A stretch of 64,000 bases of DNA from Eledone cirrhosa (Eukaryota), in assembly GCA_964016885.1 (NCBI GenBank), contig OZ024748.1, positions 36,456,001 through 36,520,000 of the forward strand. The letters are read 5' to 3'. The notes below the pieces were generated by a model. It was not told the origin of the DNA. It was given only the letters and a program-made list of their open reading frames with translations, and made no database searches. How positions within the stretch are numbered: position 1 is the first letter of the stretch; the number at the start of each line of letters is the position of its first letter. Below, one piece after another: positions 43,350 to 58,900 of this stretch. A program made the position numbers and the translations under genes.

Positions 43350-46300
43350 ATATAAGGTTAACAACACAACCACACAGTCTGTCATAGTTATAATATAAGG
43401 TTAACAACATAACCACACAGTCTGTCATAGTTATAATATAAGGTTAACAACACAATCTCACAGTCTTTCATAGTTATAATATAAGGTTAACAGCACAACC
43501 TCACAGTCTTTCATTGTTATAATATAAGGTTAACAACACAACCACACAGTCTGTCATAGTTATAATATAAGGTTAACAACACAACCTCACAGTCTTTCAT
43601 AGTTATAATATAAGGTTAACAACACAACCACACAGTCTGTCTTATTTATAATATAAGGTTAACAACACAACCTCACAGTCTCTCATAGTTATAATATAAG
43701 GTTAACAACACAACCACACAGTCTGTCATAGTTATAATATAAGGTTAACAACAACACCAGCTCACAGTCTGTCATAGTTATAATATAAGGTTAACAACAC
43801 AACCACACAGTCTGTCATAGTTATAATATAAGGTTAACAACACAACCTCACAGTCTGTCATAGTTATAATATAAGGTTAACAACACAACCTTACAGTCTG
43901 TCAAAGTTATAATATAAGGTTGACAACACAAGCTCACAGTCTGTCATAGTTATAATAGAAGGTTAACAACTACACAACCTCACAGTCTTTCATAGTTATA
44001 ATATAAGGTTAACAACACAACCTCACAGTCTGTCATAGTTATAATATAAGGTTAACAACACAACCTCACAGTCTGTCATAGTTATAATATAAGGTTAACA
44101 ACAACACAGCCTCACAGTCTCTCATAGTTATAATATAAGGTTAACAACACAACCTCACAGTCTGTCATAGTTATAATATAAGGTTAACAACACAACCTCA
44201 CAGTCTGTCATATTTATAATATAAGGTTAACAACACAACCTCACAGTCTGTCATAGTTATAATATAAGGTTAACAACAACACAGCCTCACAGTCTGTCAT
44301 AGTTATAATATAAGGTTAACAACACAACCTCACAGTCTGTCATAGTTATAATATAAGGTTAACAACACAACCTCACAGTCTGTCATAGTTATAATATAAG
44401 GTTAACAACACAACCTCACAGTCTGTCATAGTTATAATATAAGGTTAACAACACAACTTCACAGTCTGTCATAGTTATAATATAAGGTTAACAACAACAC
44501 AGCCTCACAGTCTCTCATAGTTATAATATAAGGTTAACAACAACACAGCCTCACAGTCTGTCATAGTTATAATATAAGGTTAACAACAACAACACAACCT
44601 CACAGTCTGTCATAGTTATAATATAAGGTTAACAACACAACCTCACAGTCTGTCATAGTTATAATATAAGGATAACAACACAACCCCACAGTCTGTCATA
44701 GTTATAATATAAGGTTAACAACACAACCTCACAGTCTGTCATAGTTATAATATAAGGTTAACAACAACACAGCCTCACAGTCTGTCATAGTTATAATATA
44801 AGGTTAACAACAACACAGCCTCACAGTCTGTCATAGTTATAATATAAGGTTAACAACAACAACACAACCTCACAGTCTGTCATTGTTATAATATAAGGTT
44901 AACAACACAACCTCACAGTCTGTCATAGTTATAATATAAGGTTAACAACACAACGTCACAGTCTGTCATTGTTATAATATAAGCTTAACAACACAGCCTC
45001 ACAGTCTGTCATAGTTATAAAATAAGGTTAACAACACAACCTCACAGTCTGTCATAGTTATAATATAAGGTTAACAACACAACCTCACAGTCTGTCATAG
45101 TTATAATATAAGATTAACAACACAACCTCACAGTCTGTCATAGTTATAATATAAGGTTAACAACACAACCTCACAGTCTGTCATAGTTATAATATAAGGT
45201 TAACAACAACACAGCCTCACAGTCTCTCATAGTTATAATATAAGGTTAACAACAACACAGCCTCACAGTCTGTCATAGTTATAATATAAGGTTAACAACA
45301 ACAACACAACCTCACAGTCTGTCATAGTTATAATATAAGGTTAACATCACAACCTTACAGTCTGTCATAGTTATAATATAAGGATAACAACACAACCTCA
45401 CAGTCTGTCATAGTTATAATATAAGGTTAACAACACAACCTCACAGTCTGTCATAGTTATAATATGAGGTTAACAACAACACAGCCTCACAGTCTGTCAT
45501 AGTTATAATATAAGGTTAACAACAACACAGCCTCACAGTCTGTCATAGTTATAATATAAGGTTAACAACAACAACACAACCTCACAGTCTGTCATTGTTA
45601 TAATATAAGGTTAACAACACAACCTCACAGTCTGTCATAGTTATAATATAAGGTTAACAACACAACGTCACAGTCTGTCATAGTTATAATATAGGTTAAC
45701 AACACAACCTCACAGTCTGTCATAGTTATAATATAAGGTTAACAACACAACCTCACAGTCTGTCATAGTTATAATATAAGGTTAACAACACAACCTCACA
45801 GTCTGTCATAGTTATAATATAAGGTTAACAACACAACCTCACAGTCTGTCATAGTTATAATATAAGGTTAACAACAACACAACCTCACAGTCTGCCATAG
45901 TTATAATATAAGGTTAACAACACAACCTCACAGTCTTTCATAGTTATAATATAAGGTTAACAACACAACCTCACAGTCTTTCATAGTTATAATATAAGGT
46001 TAACAACACAACCTCACAGTCTGTCATAGTTATAATATAAGTTTAACAACAACACAAGCTCACAGTCTGTCATAGTTATAATATAAGGTTAACAACACAA
46101 CCACACAGTCTATCTTAGTTATAATATAATGTTAACAACACAACCACACAGTCTGTCATAGTTATAATATAAGGTTAACAACAACACAGCCTCACAGTCT
46201 GTCATAGTTATAAAATAAGGTTAACAACACAACCTCACAGTCTGTCATAGTTATAATATAAGGTTAACAACACAACCTCACAGTCTGTCATAGTTATAAT

Positions 46301-49300
46301 ATAAGATTAACAACACAACCTCACAGTCTGTCATAGTTATAATATAAGGTTAACAACACAACCACACAGTCTGTCATAGTTATAATATAAGGTTAACAAC
46401 ACAACCTCACAGTCTTTCATAGTTATAATATAAGGTTAACAACACAACCTCACAGTCTCTCATAGTTATAATATAAGGTTAACAACACAACCACACAGTC
46501 TGTCATAGTTATAATATAAGGTTAACAACAACACAAGCTCACAGTCTGTCAAAGTTATAATATAAGGTTAACAACACAACCACACAGTCTGTCATAGTTA
46601 TAATATAAGGTTAACAACACAACCTCACAGTCTTTCATAGTTATAATATAAGGTTAACAACACAACCACACAGTCTGTCATTGTTATAATATAAGCTTAA
46701 CAACACAACCACACAGTCTGTCATAGTTATAACATAAGGTTAACAACACAACCTCACAGTCTTTCATAGTTATAATATAAGGTTAACAACACAACCTCAC
46801 AGTCTCTCATAGTTATAATATAAGGTTAACAACACAATCACACAGTCTGTCATAGTTATAATATAAGGTTAACAACAACACAAGCTCACAGTCTGTCATA
46901 GTTATAATATAAGGTTAACAACACAACCTCACAGTCTGTCATAGTTATAATATAAGTTTAACAACAACACAACCTCACAGTCTGTCATAGTTATAATATA
47001 AGGTTAACAATAACACAACCTCACAGTCTGTCATAGTTATAATATAAGGTTAACAACACAAACTCACAGTCTGTCATAGTTATAATATAAGGTTAACAAC
47101 AACAACACAACCTCACAGTCTGTCATAGTTATAATATAAGGTTAACAATAACACAACCTCACAGTCTGTCATAGTTATAATATAAGGTTAACAACACAAA
47201 CTCACAGTCTGTCATAGTTATAATATAAGGTTAACAACAACAACACAACCTCACAGTCTGTCATAGTTATAATATAAGGTTAACAACAAGACAGCCACAC
47301 AGTCTGTCATAGTTATAATATAAGGTTAACAAGAACACAGCCACACAGTGTGTCATAGTTATCATATAAGTTTAACAACACAACCTCACAGTCTGTCATA
47401 GTTATAATATAAGGTTAACAACAGCACCACCTCACAGTCTGTCATAGTTATAATATAAGGTTAACAACACAACCTCACAGTCTGTCATAGTTATAATAAT
47501 AGGTTAACAACAACACAACCTCACAGTCTGTCATAGTTATAATATATGGTTAACAACACAACCTCACAGTCTGTCATAGTTATAATATAAGGTTAACAAC
47601 ACAACCTCACAGTCTGTCATAGTTATAATATAAGGTTAACAACAACACAACCACACAGTCTGTCATAGTTATAATACAAGGTTAACAACACAACCTCACA
47701 GTCTGTCATAGTTATAATATAAGTTTAACAACAACACAAGCTCACAGTCTGTCATAGTTATAATATAAGGTTAACAACACAACCACACAGTCTATCTTAG
47801 TTATAATATAAGGTTAACAACAACAACACAACCTCACAGTCTGTCATAGTTATAATATAAGGTTAACAACACAACCTCACAGTCTGTCATAGTTATAATA
47901 TAAGGATAACAACACAACCTCACAGTCTGTCATAGTTATAATATAAGGTTAACAACACAACCTCACAGTCTGTCATAGATATAATATAAGGTTAACAACA
48001 ACACAACCTCACAGTCTGTCATAGTTATAATATAAGGTTAACAACAACACAACCTCACAGTCTGCCATAGTTATAATATAAGGTTAACAACACAACCTCA
48101 CAGTCTTTCATAGTTATAATATAAGGTTAACAACACAACCTCACAGTCTTTCATAGTTATAATATAAGGTTAACAACACAACCTCACAGTCTTTCATTGT
48201 TATAATATAAGGTTAACAACACAACCACACAGTCTGTCATAGTTATAATATAAGGTTAACAACATAACCACACAGTCTGTCATAGTTATAATATAAGGTT
48301 AACAACACAATCTCACAGTCTTTCATAGTTATAATATAAGGTTAACAGCACAACCTCACAGTCTTTCATTGTTATAATATAAGGTTAACAACACAACCAC
48401 ACAGTCTGTCATAGTTATAATATAAGGTTAACAACACAACCTCACAGTCTCTCATAGTTATAATATAAGGTTAACAACACAACCACACAGTCTGTCATAG
48501 TTATAATATAAGGTTAACAACAACACCAGCTCACAGTCTGTCATAGTTATAATATAAGGTTAACAACACAACCACACAGTCTGTCATAGTTATAATATAA
48601 GGTTAACAACACAACCTCACAGTCTGTCATAGTTATAATATAAGGTTAACAACACAACCTTACAGTCTGTCATAGTTATAATATAAGGTTGACAACACAA
48701 GCTCACAGTCTGTCATAGTTATAATAGAAGGTTAACAACTACACAACCTCACAGTCTTTCATAGTTATAATATAAGGTTAACAACACAACCTCACAGTCT
48801 GTCATAGTTATAATATAAGGTTAACAACACAACCTCACAGTCTGTCATAGTTATAATATAAGGTTAACAACAACACAGCCTCACAGTCTCTCATAGTTAT
48901 AATATAAGGTTAACAACACAACCTCACAGTCTGTCATAGTTATAATATAAGGTTAACAACACAACCTCACAGTCTGTCATAGTTATAATATAAGGTTAAC
49001 AACACAACCTCACAGTCTGTCATAGTTATAATATAAGGTTAACAACAACACAGCCTCACAGTCTGTCATAGTTATAATATAAGGTTAACAACACAACCTC
49101 ACAGTCTGTCATAGTTATAATATAAGGTTAACAACACAACCTCACAGTCTGTCATAGTTATAATATAAGGTTAACAACACAACCTCACAGTCTGTCATAG
49201 TTATAATATAAGGTTAACAACACAACTTCACAGTCTGTCATAGTTATAATATAAGGTTAACAACAACACAGCCTCACAGTCTCTCATAGTTATAATATAA

Positions 49301-52300
49301 GGTTAACAACAACACAGCCTCACAGTCTGTCATAGTTATAATATAAGGTTAACAACAACAACACAACCTCACAGTCTGTCATAGTTATAATATAAGGTTA
49401 ACAACACAACCTCACAGTCTGTCATAGTTATAATATAAGGATAACAACACAACCCCACAGTCTGTCATAGTTATAATATAAGGTTAACAACACAACCTCA
49501 CAGTCTGTCATAGTTATAATATAAGGTTAACAACAACACAGCCTCACAGTCTGTCATAGTTATAATATAAGGTTAACAACAACACAGCCTCACAGTCTGT
49601 CATAGTTATAATATAAGGTTAACAACAACAACACAACCTCACAGTCTGTCATTGTTATAATATAAGGTTAACAACACAACCTCACAGTCTGTCATAGTTA
49701 TAATATAAGGTTAACAACACAACGTCACAGTCTGTCATTGTTATAATATAAGCTTAACAACACAGCCTCACAGTCTGTCATAGTTATAAAATAAGGTTAA
49801 CAACACAACCTCACAGTCTGTCATAGTTATAATATAAGGTTAACAACACAACCTCACAGTCTGTCATAGTTATAATATAAGATTAACAACACAACCTCAC
49901 AGTCTGTCATAGTTATAATATAAGGTTAACAACACAACCTCACAGTCTGTCATAGTTATAATATAAGGTTAACAACAACACAGCCTCACAGTCTCTCATA
50001 GTTATAATATAAGGTTAACAACAACACAGCCTCACAGTCTGTCATAGTTATAATATAAGGTTAACAACAACAACACAACCTCACAGTCTGTCATAGTTAT
50101 AATATAAGGTTAACATCACAACCTTACAGTCTGTCATAGTTATAATATAAGGATAACAACACAACCTCACAGTCTGTCATAGTTATAATATAAGGTTAAC
50201 AACACAACCTCACAGTCTGTCATAGTTATAATATGAGGTTAACAACAACACAGCCTCACAGTCTGTCATAGTTATAATATAAGGTTAACAACAACACAGC
50301 CTCACAGTCTGTCATAGTTATAATATAAGGTTAACAACAACAACACAACCTCACAGTCTGTCATTGTTATAATATAAGGTTAACAACACAACCTCACAGT
50401 CTGTCATAGTTATAATATAAGGTTAACAACACAACGTCACAGTCTGTCATAGTTATAATATAGGTTAACAACACAACCTCACAGTCTGTCATAGTTATAA
50501 TATAAGGTTAACAACACAACCTCACAGTCTGTCATAGTTATAATATAAGGTTAACAACACAACCTCACAGTCTGTCATAGTTATAATATAAGGTTAACAA
50601 CACAACCTCACAGTCTGTCATAGTTATAATATAAGGTTAACAACAACACAACCTCACAGTCTGCCATAGTTATAATATAAGGTTAACAACACAACCTCAC
50701 AGTCTTTCATAGTTATAATATAAGGTTAACAACACAACCTCACAGTCTTTCATAGTTATAATATAAGGTTAACAACACAACCTCACAGTCTGTCATAGTT
50801 ATAATATAAGTTTAACAACAACACAAGCTCACAGTCTGTCATAGTTATAATATAAGGTTAACAACACAACCACACAGTCTATCTTAGTTATAATATAATG
50901 TTAACAACACAACCACACAGTCTGTCATAGTTATAATATAAGGTTAACAACAACACAGCCTCACAGTCTGTCATAGTTATAAAATAAGGTTAACAACACA
51001 ACCTCACAGTCTGTCATAGTTATAATATAAGGTTAACAACACAACCTCACAGTCTGTCATAGTTATAATATAAGATTAACAACACAACCTCACAGTCTGT
51101 CATAGTTATAATATAAGGTTAACAACACAACCACACAGTCTGTCATAGTTATAATATAAGGTTAACAACACAACCTCACAGTCTTTCATAGTTATAATAT
51201 AAGGTTAACAACACAACCTCACAGTCTCTCATAGTTATAATATAAGGTTAACAACACAACCACACAGTCTGTCATAGTTATAATATAAGGTTAACAACAA
51301 CACAAGCTCACAGTCTGTCAAAGTTATAATATAAGGTTAACAACACAACCACACAGTCTGTCATAGTTATAATATAAGGTTAACAACACAACCTCACAGT
51401 CTTTCATAGTTATAATATAAGGTTAACAACACAACCACACAGTCTGTCATTGTTATAATATAAGCTTAACAACACAACCACACAGTCTGTCATAGTTATA
51501 ACATAAGGTTAACAACACAACCTCACAGTCTTTCATAGTTATAATATAAGGTTAACAACACAACCTCACAGTCTCTCATAGTTATAATATAAGGTTAACA
51601 ACACAATCACACAGTCTGTCATAGTTATAATATAAGGTTAACAACAACACAAGCTCACAGTCTGTCATAGTTATAATATAAGGTTAACAACACAACCTCA
51701 CAGTCTGTCATAGTTATAATATAAGTTTAACAACAACACAACCTCACAGTCTGTCATAGTTATAATATAAGGTTAACAATAACACAACCTCACAGTCTGT
51801 CATAGTTATAATATAAGGTTAACAACACAAACTCACAGTCTGTCATAGTTATAATATAAGGTTAACAACAACAACACAACCTCACAGTCTGTCATAGTTA
51901 TAATATAAGGTTAACAATAACACAACCTCACAGTCTGTCATAGTTATAATATAAGGTTAACAACACAAACTCACAGTCTGTCATAGTTATAATATAAGGT
52001 TAACAACAACAACACAACCTCACAGTCTGTCATAGTTATAATATAAGGTTAACAACAAGACAGCCACACAGTCTGTCATAGTTATAATATAAGGTTAACA
52101 AGAACACAGCCACACAGTGTGTCATAGTTATAATATAAGTTTAACAACACAACCTCACAGTCTGTCATAGTTATAATATAAGGTTAACAACAGCACAACC
52201 TCACAGTCTGTCATAGTTATAATATAAGGTTAACAACACAACCTCACAGTCTGTCATAGTTATAATAATAGGTTAACAACAACACAACCTCACAGTCTGT

Positions 52301-52775
52301 CATAGTTATAATATATGGTTAACAACACAACCTCACAGTCTGTCATAGTTATAATATAAGGTTAACAACACAACCTCACAGTCTGTCATAGTTATAATAT
52401 AAGGTTAACAACAACACAACCACACAGTCTGTCATAGTTATAATACAAGGTTAACAACACAACCTCACAGTCTGTCATAGTTATAATATAAGTTTAACAA
52501 CAACACAAGCTCACAGTCTGTCATAGTTATAATATAAGGTTAACAACACAACCACACAGTCTATCTTAGTTATAATATAAGGTTAACAACAACAACACAA
52601 CCTCACAGTCTGTCATAGTTATAATATAAGGTTAACAACACAACCTCACAGTCTGTCATAGTTATAATATAAGGATAACAACACAACCTCACAGTCTGTC
52701 ATAGTTATAATATAAGGTTAACAACACAACCTCACAGTCTGTCATAGATATAATATAAGGTTAACAACAACACAG
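43350..52775 (+). repeat. Tandem segmental duplication, two copies of about 4.7-4.8 kb
   Basis: Offset 4769 for CAACCCC 44681/49450, TTAACATCAC 45341/50110, AATATGAGG 45461/50230, TGTCATAGAT 47971/52740. Offset is 4855 (+2 monomers) at the left edge (AACATAACC 43408/48263). Confidence 0.9.
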
Positions 52776-52914
52776 CCTCACAGTCTGTCATATTTATAAT
52801 ATAAGGTTAACAACAACACAGCCTCACAGTCTGTCATAGTTATAATATAAGGTTAACAACAACAACACAACCTCACAGTCTGTCATTGTTATAATATAAG
52901 GTTAACAACACAAC

Positions 52915-55900
52915 CTCACAGTCTGTCATAGTTATAATATAAGGTTAACAACACAACGTCACAGTCTGTCATAGTTATTATATAGGTTAACAACACAACC
53001 TCACAGTCTGTCATAGTTATAATATAAGGTTAACAACAACACAACCTCACAGTCTGCCATAGTTATAATATAAGGTTAACAACACAACCTCACAGTCTTT
53101 CATAGTTATAATATAAGGTTAACAACACAACCTCACAGTCTTTCATAGTTATAATATAAGGTTAACAACACAACCTCACAGTCTTTCATAGTTATAATAT
53201 AAGGTTAACAGCACAACCTCACAGTCTTTCATTGTTATAAAATAAGATTAACAACACAACCACACAGTCTGTCATAGTTATAATATAAGGTTAACAACAC
53301 AACCTCACAGTCTTTCATAGTTATAATATAAGGTTAACAACACAACCACACAGTCTGTCATTGTTATAATATAAGCTTAACAACACAACCACACAGTCTG
53401 TCATAGTTATAATATAAGGTTAACTACACAACCTCACAGTCTTTCATAGTTATAATATAAGGTTAACAACACAACCTCACAGTCTCTCATAGATATAATA
53501 TAAGGTTAACAACACAACCACACAGTCTGTAATAGTTATAATATAAGGTTAACAACAACACAAGCTCACAGTCTGTCATAGTTATAATATAAGGTTAACA
53601 ACACAACCACACAGTCTGTCATAGTTATAATATAAGGTTAACAACACAAACTCACAGTCTGTCATAGTTATAATATACAGTTAACAACACAAGCTCACAG
53701 TCTGTCATAGTTATAATATAAGGTTAAAAACAACACAAGCTCACAGTCTGTCATAGTTATAATATAAGGTTAACAACACAACCTCACAGTCTGTCATAGT
53801 TATAATATATGGCTAAAAATAACACAACCTCACAGTCTGTCATAGTTATAATATAAGGTTAACAACACAAATTCACAGTCTGTCATAGTTATAATATAAG
53901 GTTAACAACAACAAGACAGCCACACAGTCTGTCATAGTTATAATATAAGGTTAACAAGAACACAGCCACACAGTGTGTCATAGTTATAATATAAGTTTAA
54001 CAACACAACCTCACAGTCTGTCATAGTTATAATATAAGGTTAACAACAGCACAACCTCACAGTCTGTCATAGTTATAATATAAGGTTAACAACACAACCT
54101 CACAGTCTGTCATAGTTATAATAATAGGTTAACAACAACACAACCTCACAGTCTGTCATAGTTATAATATATGGTTATCAACACAACCTCACAGTCTGTC
54201 TTAGTTATAATATAAGGTTAACAACACAACCTCACAGTCTGTCATAGTTATAATATAAGGTTAACAACAACACAACCACACAGTCTGTCATAGTTATAAT
54301 ACAAGGTTAACAACACAAGCTCACAGTCTGTCATAGTTATAATATAAGGTTAACAACACAACCACACAGTCTATCTTAGTTATAATATAATGTTAACAAC
54401 ACAACCACACAGTCTGTCATAGTTATAATATAAGGTTAACAATACAACCACGCAGTCTGTCATAGTTATAATATAAGGTTAACAACACAACCTCACAGTC
54501 TGTCATAGTTATAATATAAGGTTAACAACACAACCACACAGTCTGTCATAGTTATTATATAAGGTTAACAACACAACCACACAGTCTGTCATAGTTATAA
54601 TATAAGGTTAACATCAACACAGCCTCACAGTCTATCATAGTTATAATATAAGGTTAACAACACAACCTCACAGTCTGTCATAGTTATAATATAAGGTCAA
54701 CAACACAACCTCACAGTCTGTCATAGTTATAATATAAGGTTAACAACACAACCTCACAGTCTGTCATAGTTATAATATAAGGTTAACAACACAACCTCAC
54801 AGTCTGTCATAGTTATAATATAAGGTTAACAACAACAACACAACCTCACAGTCTGTCATTGTTATAATATAAGGTTAACAACACAACCTCACAGTCTGTC
54901 ATAGTTATAATATAAGGTTAACAACACAACCTCACAGTCTGTCATAGTTATAATATAAGGTTAACAACACAACCTCACAGTCTGTCATAGTTATAATATA
55001 AGGTTAACAACAACACAACCTCACAGTCTGTCATAGTTATAATATAAGGTTAACAACACAACCTCACAGTCTTTCATAGTTATAATATAAGGTTAACAAC
55101 ACAACCTCACAGTCTTTCATAGTTATAATATAAGGTTAACAACACAACCTCACAGTCTTTCATTGTTATAATATAAGGTTAACAACACAACCACACAGTC
55201 TGTCATAGTTATAATATAAGGTTAACAACACATCCTCACAGTCTTTCATAGTTATAATATAAGGTTAACAGCACAACCTCACAGTCTTTCATTGTTATAA
55301 TATAAGGTTAACAACACAACCACATAGTCTGTCATAGTTATAATATAAGGTTAACAACACAACATCACAGTCTTTCATAGTTATAATATAAGGTTAACAA
55401 CACAACAACACAGTCTGTCATAGTTATAATATAAGCTTAACAACACAACCACAGAGTCTGTCATAGTTATAATATAAGGTTAACAACACAACCTCACAGT
55501 CTTTCATATTTATAATATAAGGTTAACAACACAACCTCACAGTCTCTCATAGTTATAATATAAGGTTAACAACACAACCTTACAGTCTGTCATAGTTATA
55601 ATATAAGGTTAACAACACAACCTCACAGTCTGTCATAGTTATAATATAAGGTTAACAACTACACAACCTCACAGTCTTTCATAGTTATTATATAAGGTTA
55701 ACAACACAACCTCACAGTCTGTCATAGTTATAACATAAGGTTAACAACACAACCTCACAGTCTGTCATAGTTATAATATAAGGTTAACAACACAACCTCA
55801 CAGTCTGTCATAGTTATAATATAAGGTTAACAACACAACCTCACAGTCTGTCATAGTTATAATATAAGGTTAACAACAAGAGAGCCACACAGTCTGTCAT

Positions 55901-58900
55901 AGTTATAATATAAGGTTAACAACAACATAGCCACACAGTGTGTCATAGTTATAATATAAGGTTAACAACACAACCTCACAGTCTGTCATAGTTATAATAT
56001 AAGGTTAACAACAACACAACCTCACAGTCTGTCATAGTTATAATATAAGGTTAACAACACAACCTCACAGTCTGTCATAGTTATAATATAAGGTAAACAA
56101 CAACACAACCTCACAGTCTGTCATAGTTATAATATAAGGTTAACAACACAACCTCACAGTCTGTCATAGTTATAATATAAGGTTAACAACACAACCTCAC
56201 AGTCTGTCATATTTATAATATAAGGTAACAACAACACAACCACACAGTCTGTCATAGTTATAATATAAGGTTAACAACACAACCTCACAGTCTGTCATAG
56301 TTATAATATAAGTTTAACAACAACACAAGCTCACAGTCTGTCATAGTTATAATATAAGGTTAACAACACAACCACACAGTCAATCATAGTTATAATATAA
56401 GGTTAACAACACAACCACACAGTCTGTCATAGTTATAATATAAGGTTAACAATACAACCACACAGTCTGTCATAGTTATAATATAAGGTTAACAACACAA
56501 CCTCAAAGTCTGTCATAGTTATAATATAAGGTTAACAACACAACCACACAGTCTATCATAGTTATAATATAAGGTTAACAACACAACCACACAGTCTGCC
56601 ATAGTTATAATATAAGGTTAACAACAACACAGCCTCACAGTCTATCATAGTTATAATATCAGGTTAACAACACAACCTTACAGTCTGTCATAGTTATAAT
56701 ATAAGGTTAACAACACAACCTCACAGTCTGTCATAGTTATAATATAAGGTTAACAACAACAACACAACCTCACAGTCTGTCATAGTTATAATATAAGGTT
56801 AACAACAACACAACCTCACAGTCTGTCATAGTTATAATATAAGGTTAACAACAACACAGCCTCACAGTCTGTCATAGTTATAATATAAGGTTAACAACAC
56901 AAACTCACAGTCTGTCATAGTTATAATATAAGATTAACAACACAACCTCACAGTCTGTCATAGTTATAACATAAGGTTAACAACACAACCTCACAGTCTG
57001 TCATAGTTATAATATAAGGTTAACAACACAACCTCACAGTCTGTCATAGTTATAATATAAGGTTAACAACACAACCTCACAGTGTTTCATTGTTATAATA
57101 TAAGGTTAACAACACAACCACACAGTCTGTCATAGTTATAATATAAGCTTAACAACACAACCACACAGTCTGTCATAGTTATAATATAAGGTTAACAACA
57201 CAACCTCACAGTCTTTCATAGTTATAATATAAGGTTAACAACACAACCTCACAGTCTCTCATAGTTATAATATAAGGTTAACAACACAACCACACAGTCT
57301 GTCATAGTTATAATATAAGGTTAACAACAACACAACCTCACAGTCTGTCATAGTTATAATATAAGGTTAACAACACAACGTCACAGTCTGTCATAGTTAT
57401 AATATAGGTTAACAACACAACCTCACAGTCTGTCATAGTTATAATATAAGGTTAACAACAACACAACCTCACAGTCTGCCATAGTTATAATATAAGGTTA
57501 ACAACACAACCTCACAGTCTTTCATAGTTATAATATAAGGTTAACAACACAACCTCACAGTCTTTCATAGTTATAATATAAGGTTAACAACACAACCTCA
57601 CAGTCTTTCATAGTTATAATATAAGGTTAACAGCACAACCTCACAGTCTTTCATTGTTATAAAATAAGATTAACAACACAACCACACAGTCTGTCATAGT
57701 TATAATATAAGGTTAACAACACAACCTCACAGTCTTTCATAGTTATAATATAAGGTTAACAACACAACCACACAGTCTGTCATTGTTATAATATAAGCTT
57801 AACAACACAACCACACAGTCTGTCATAGTTATAATATAAGGTTAACTACACAACCTCACAGTCTTTCATAGTTATAATATAAGGTTAACAACACAACCTC
57901 ACAGTCTCTCATAGATATAATATAAGGTTAACAACACAACCACACAGTCTGTAATAGTTATAATATAAGGTTAACAACAACACAAGCTCACAGTCTGTCA
58001 TAGTTATAATATAAGGTTAACAACACAACCACACAGTCTGTCATAGTTATAATATAAGGTTAACAACAGCACCAGCTCACAGTCTGTCATAGTTATAATA
58101 TAAGGTTAACAACACAAACTCACAGTCTGTCATAGTTATAATATAAAGTTAACAACACAAGCTCACAGTCTGTCATAGTTATAATATAAGGTTAAAAACA
58201 ACACAAGCTCACAGTCTGTCATAGTTATAATATAAGGTTAACAACACAACCTCACAGTCTGTCATAGTTATAATATATGGTTAAAAATAACACAACCTCA
58301 CAGTCTGTCATAGTTATAATATAAGGTTAACAACACAAATTCACAGTCTGTCATAGTTATAATATAAGGTTAACAACAACAAGACAGCCACACAGTCTGT
58401 CATAGTTATAATATAAGGTTAACAAGAACACAGCCACACAGTGTGTCATAGTTATAATATAAGTTTAACAACACAACCTCACAGTCTGTCATAGTTATAA
58501 TATAAGGTTAACAACAACACAACCTCACAGTCTGTCATAGTTATAATATAAGGTTAACAACACAACCTCACAGTCTGTCATAGTTATAATAATAGGTTAA
58601 CAACAACACAACCTCACAGTCTGTCATAGTTATAATATATGGTTATCAACACAACCTCACAGTCTGTCTTAGTTATAATATAAGGTTAACAACACAACCT
58701 CACAGTCTGTCATAGTTATAATATAAGGTTAACAACAACACAACCACACAGTCTGTCATAGTTATAATACAAGGTTAACAACACCAGCTCACAGTCTGTC
58801 ATAGTTATAATATAAGGTTAACAACACAACCACACAGTCTATCTTAGTTATAATATAATGTTAACAACACAACCACACAGTCTGTCATAGTTATAATATA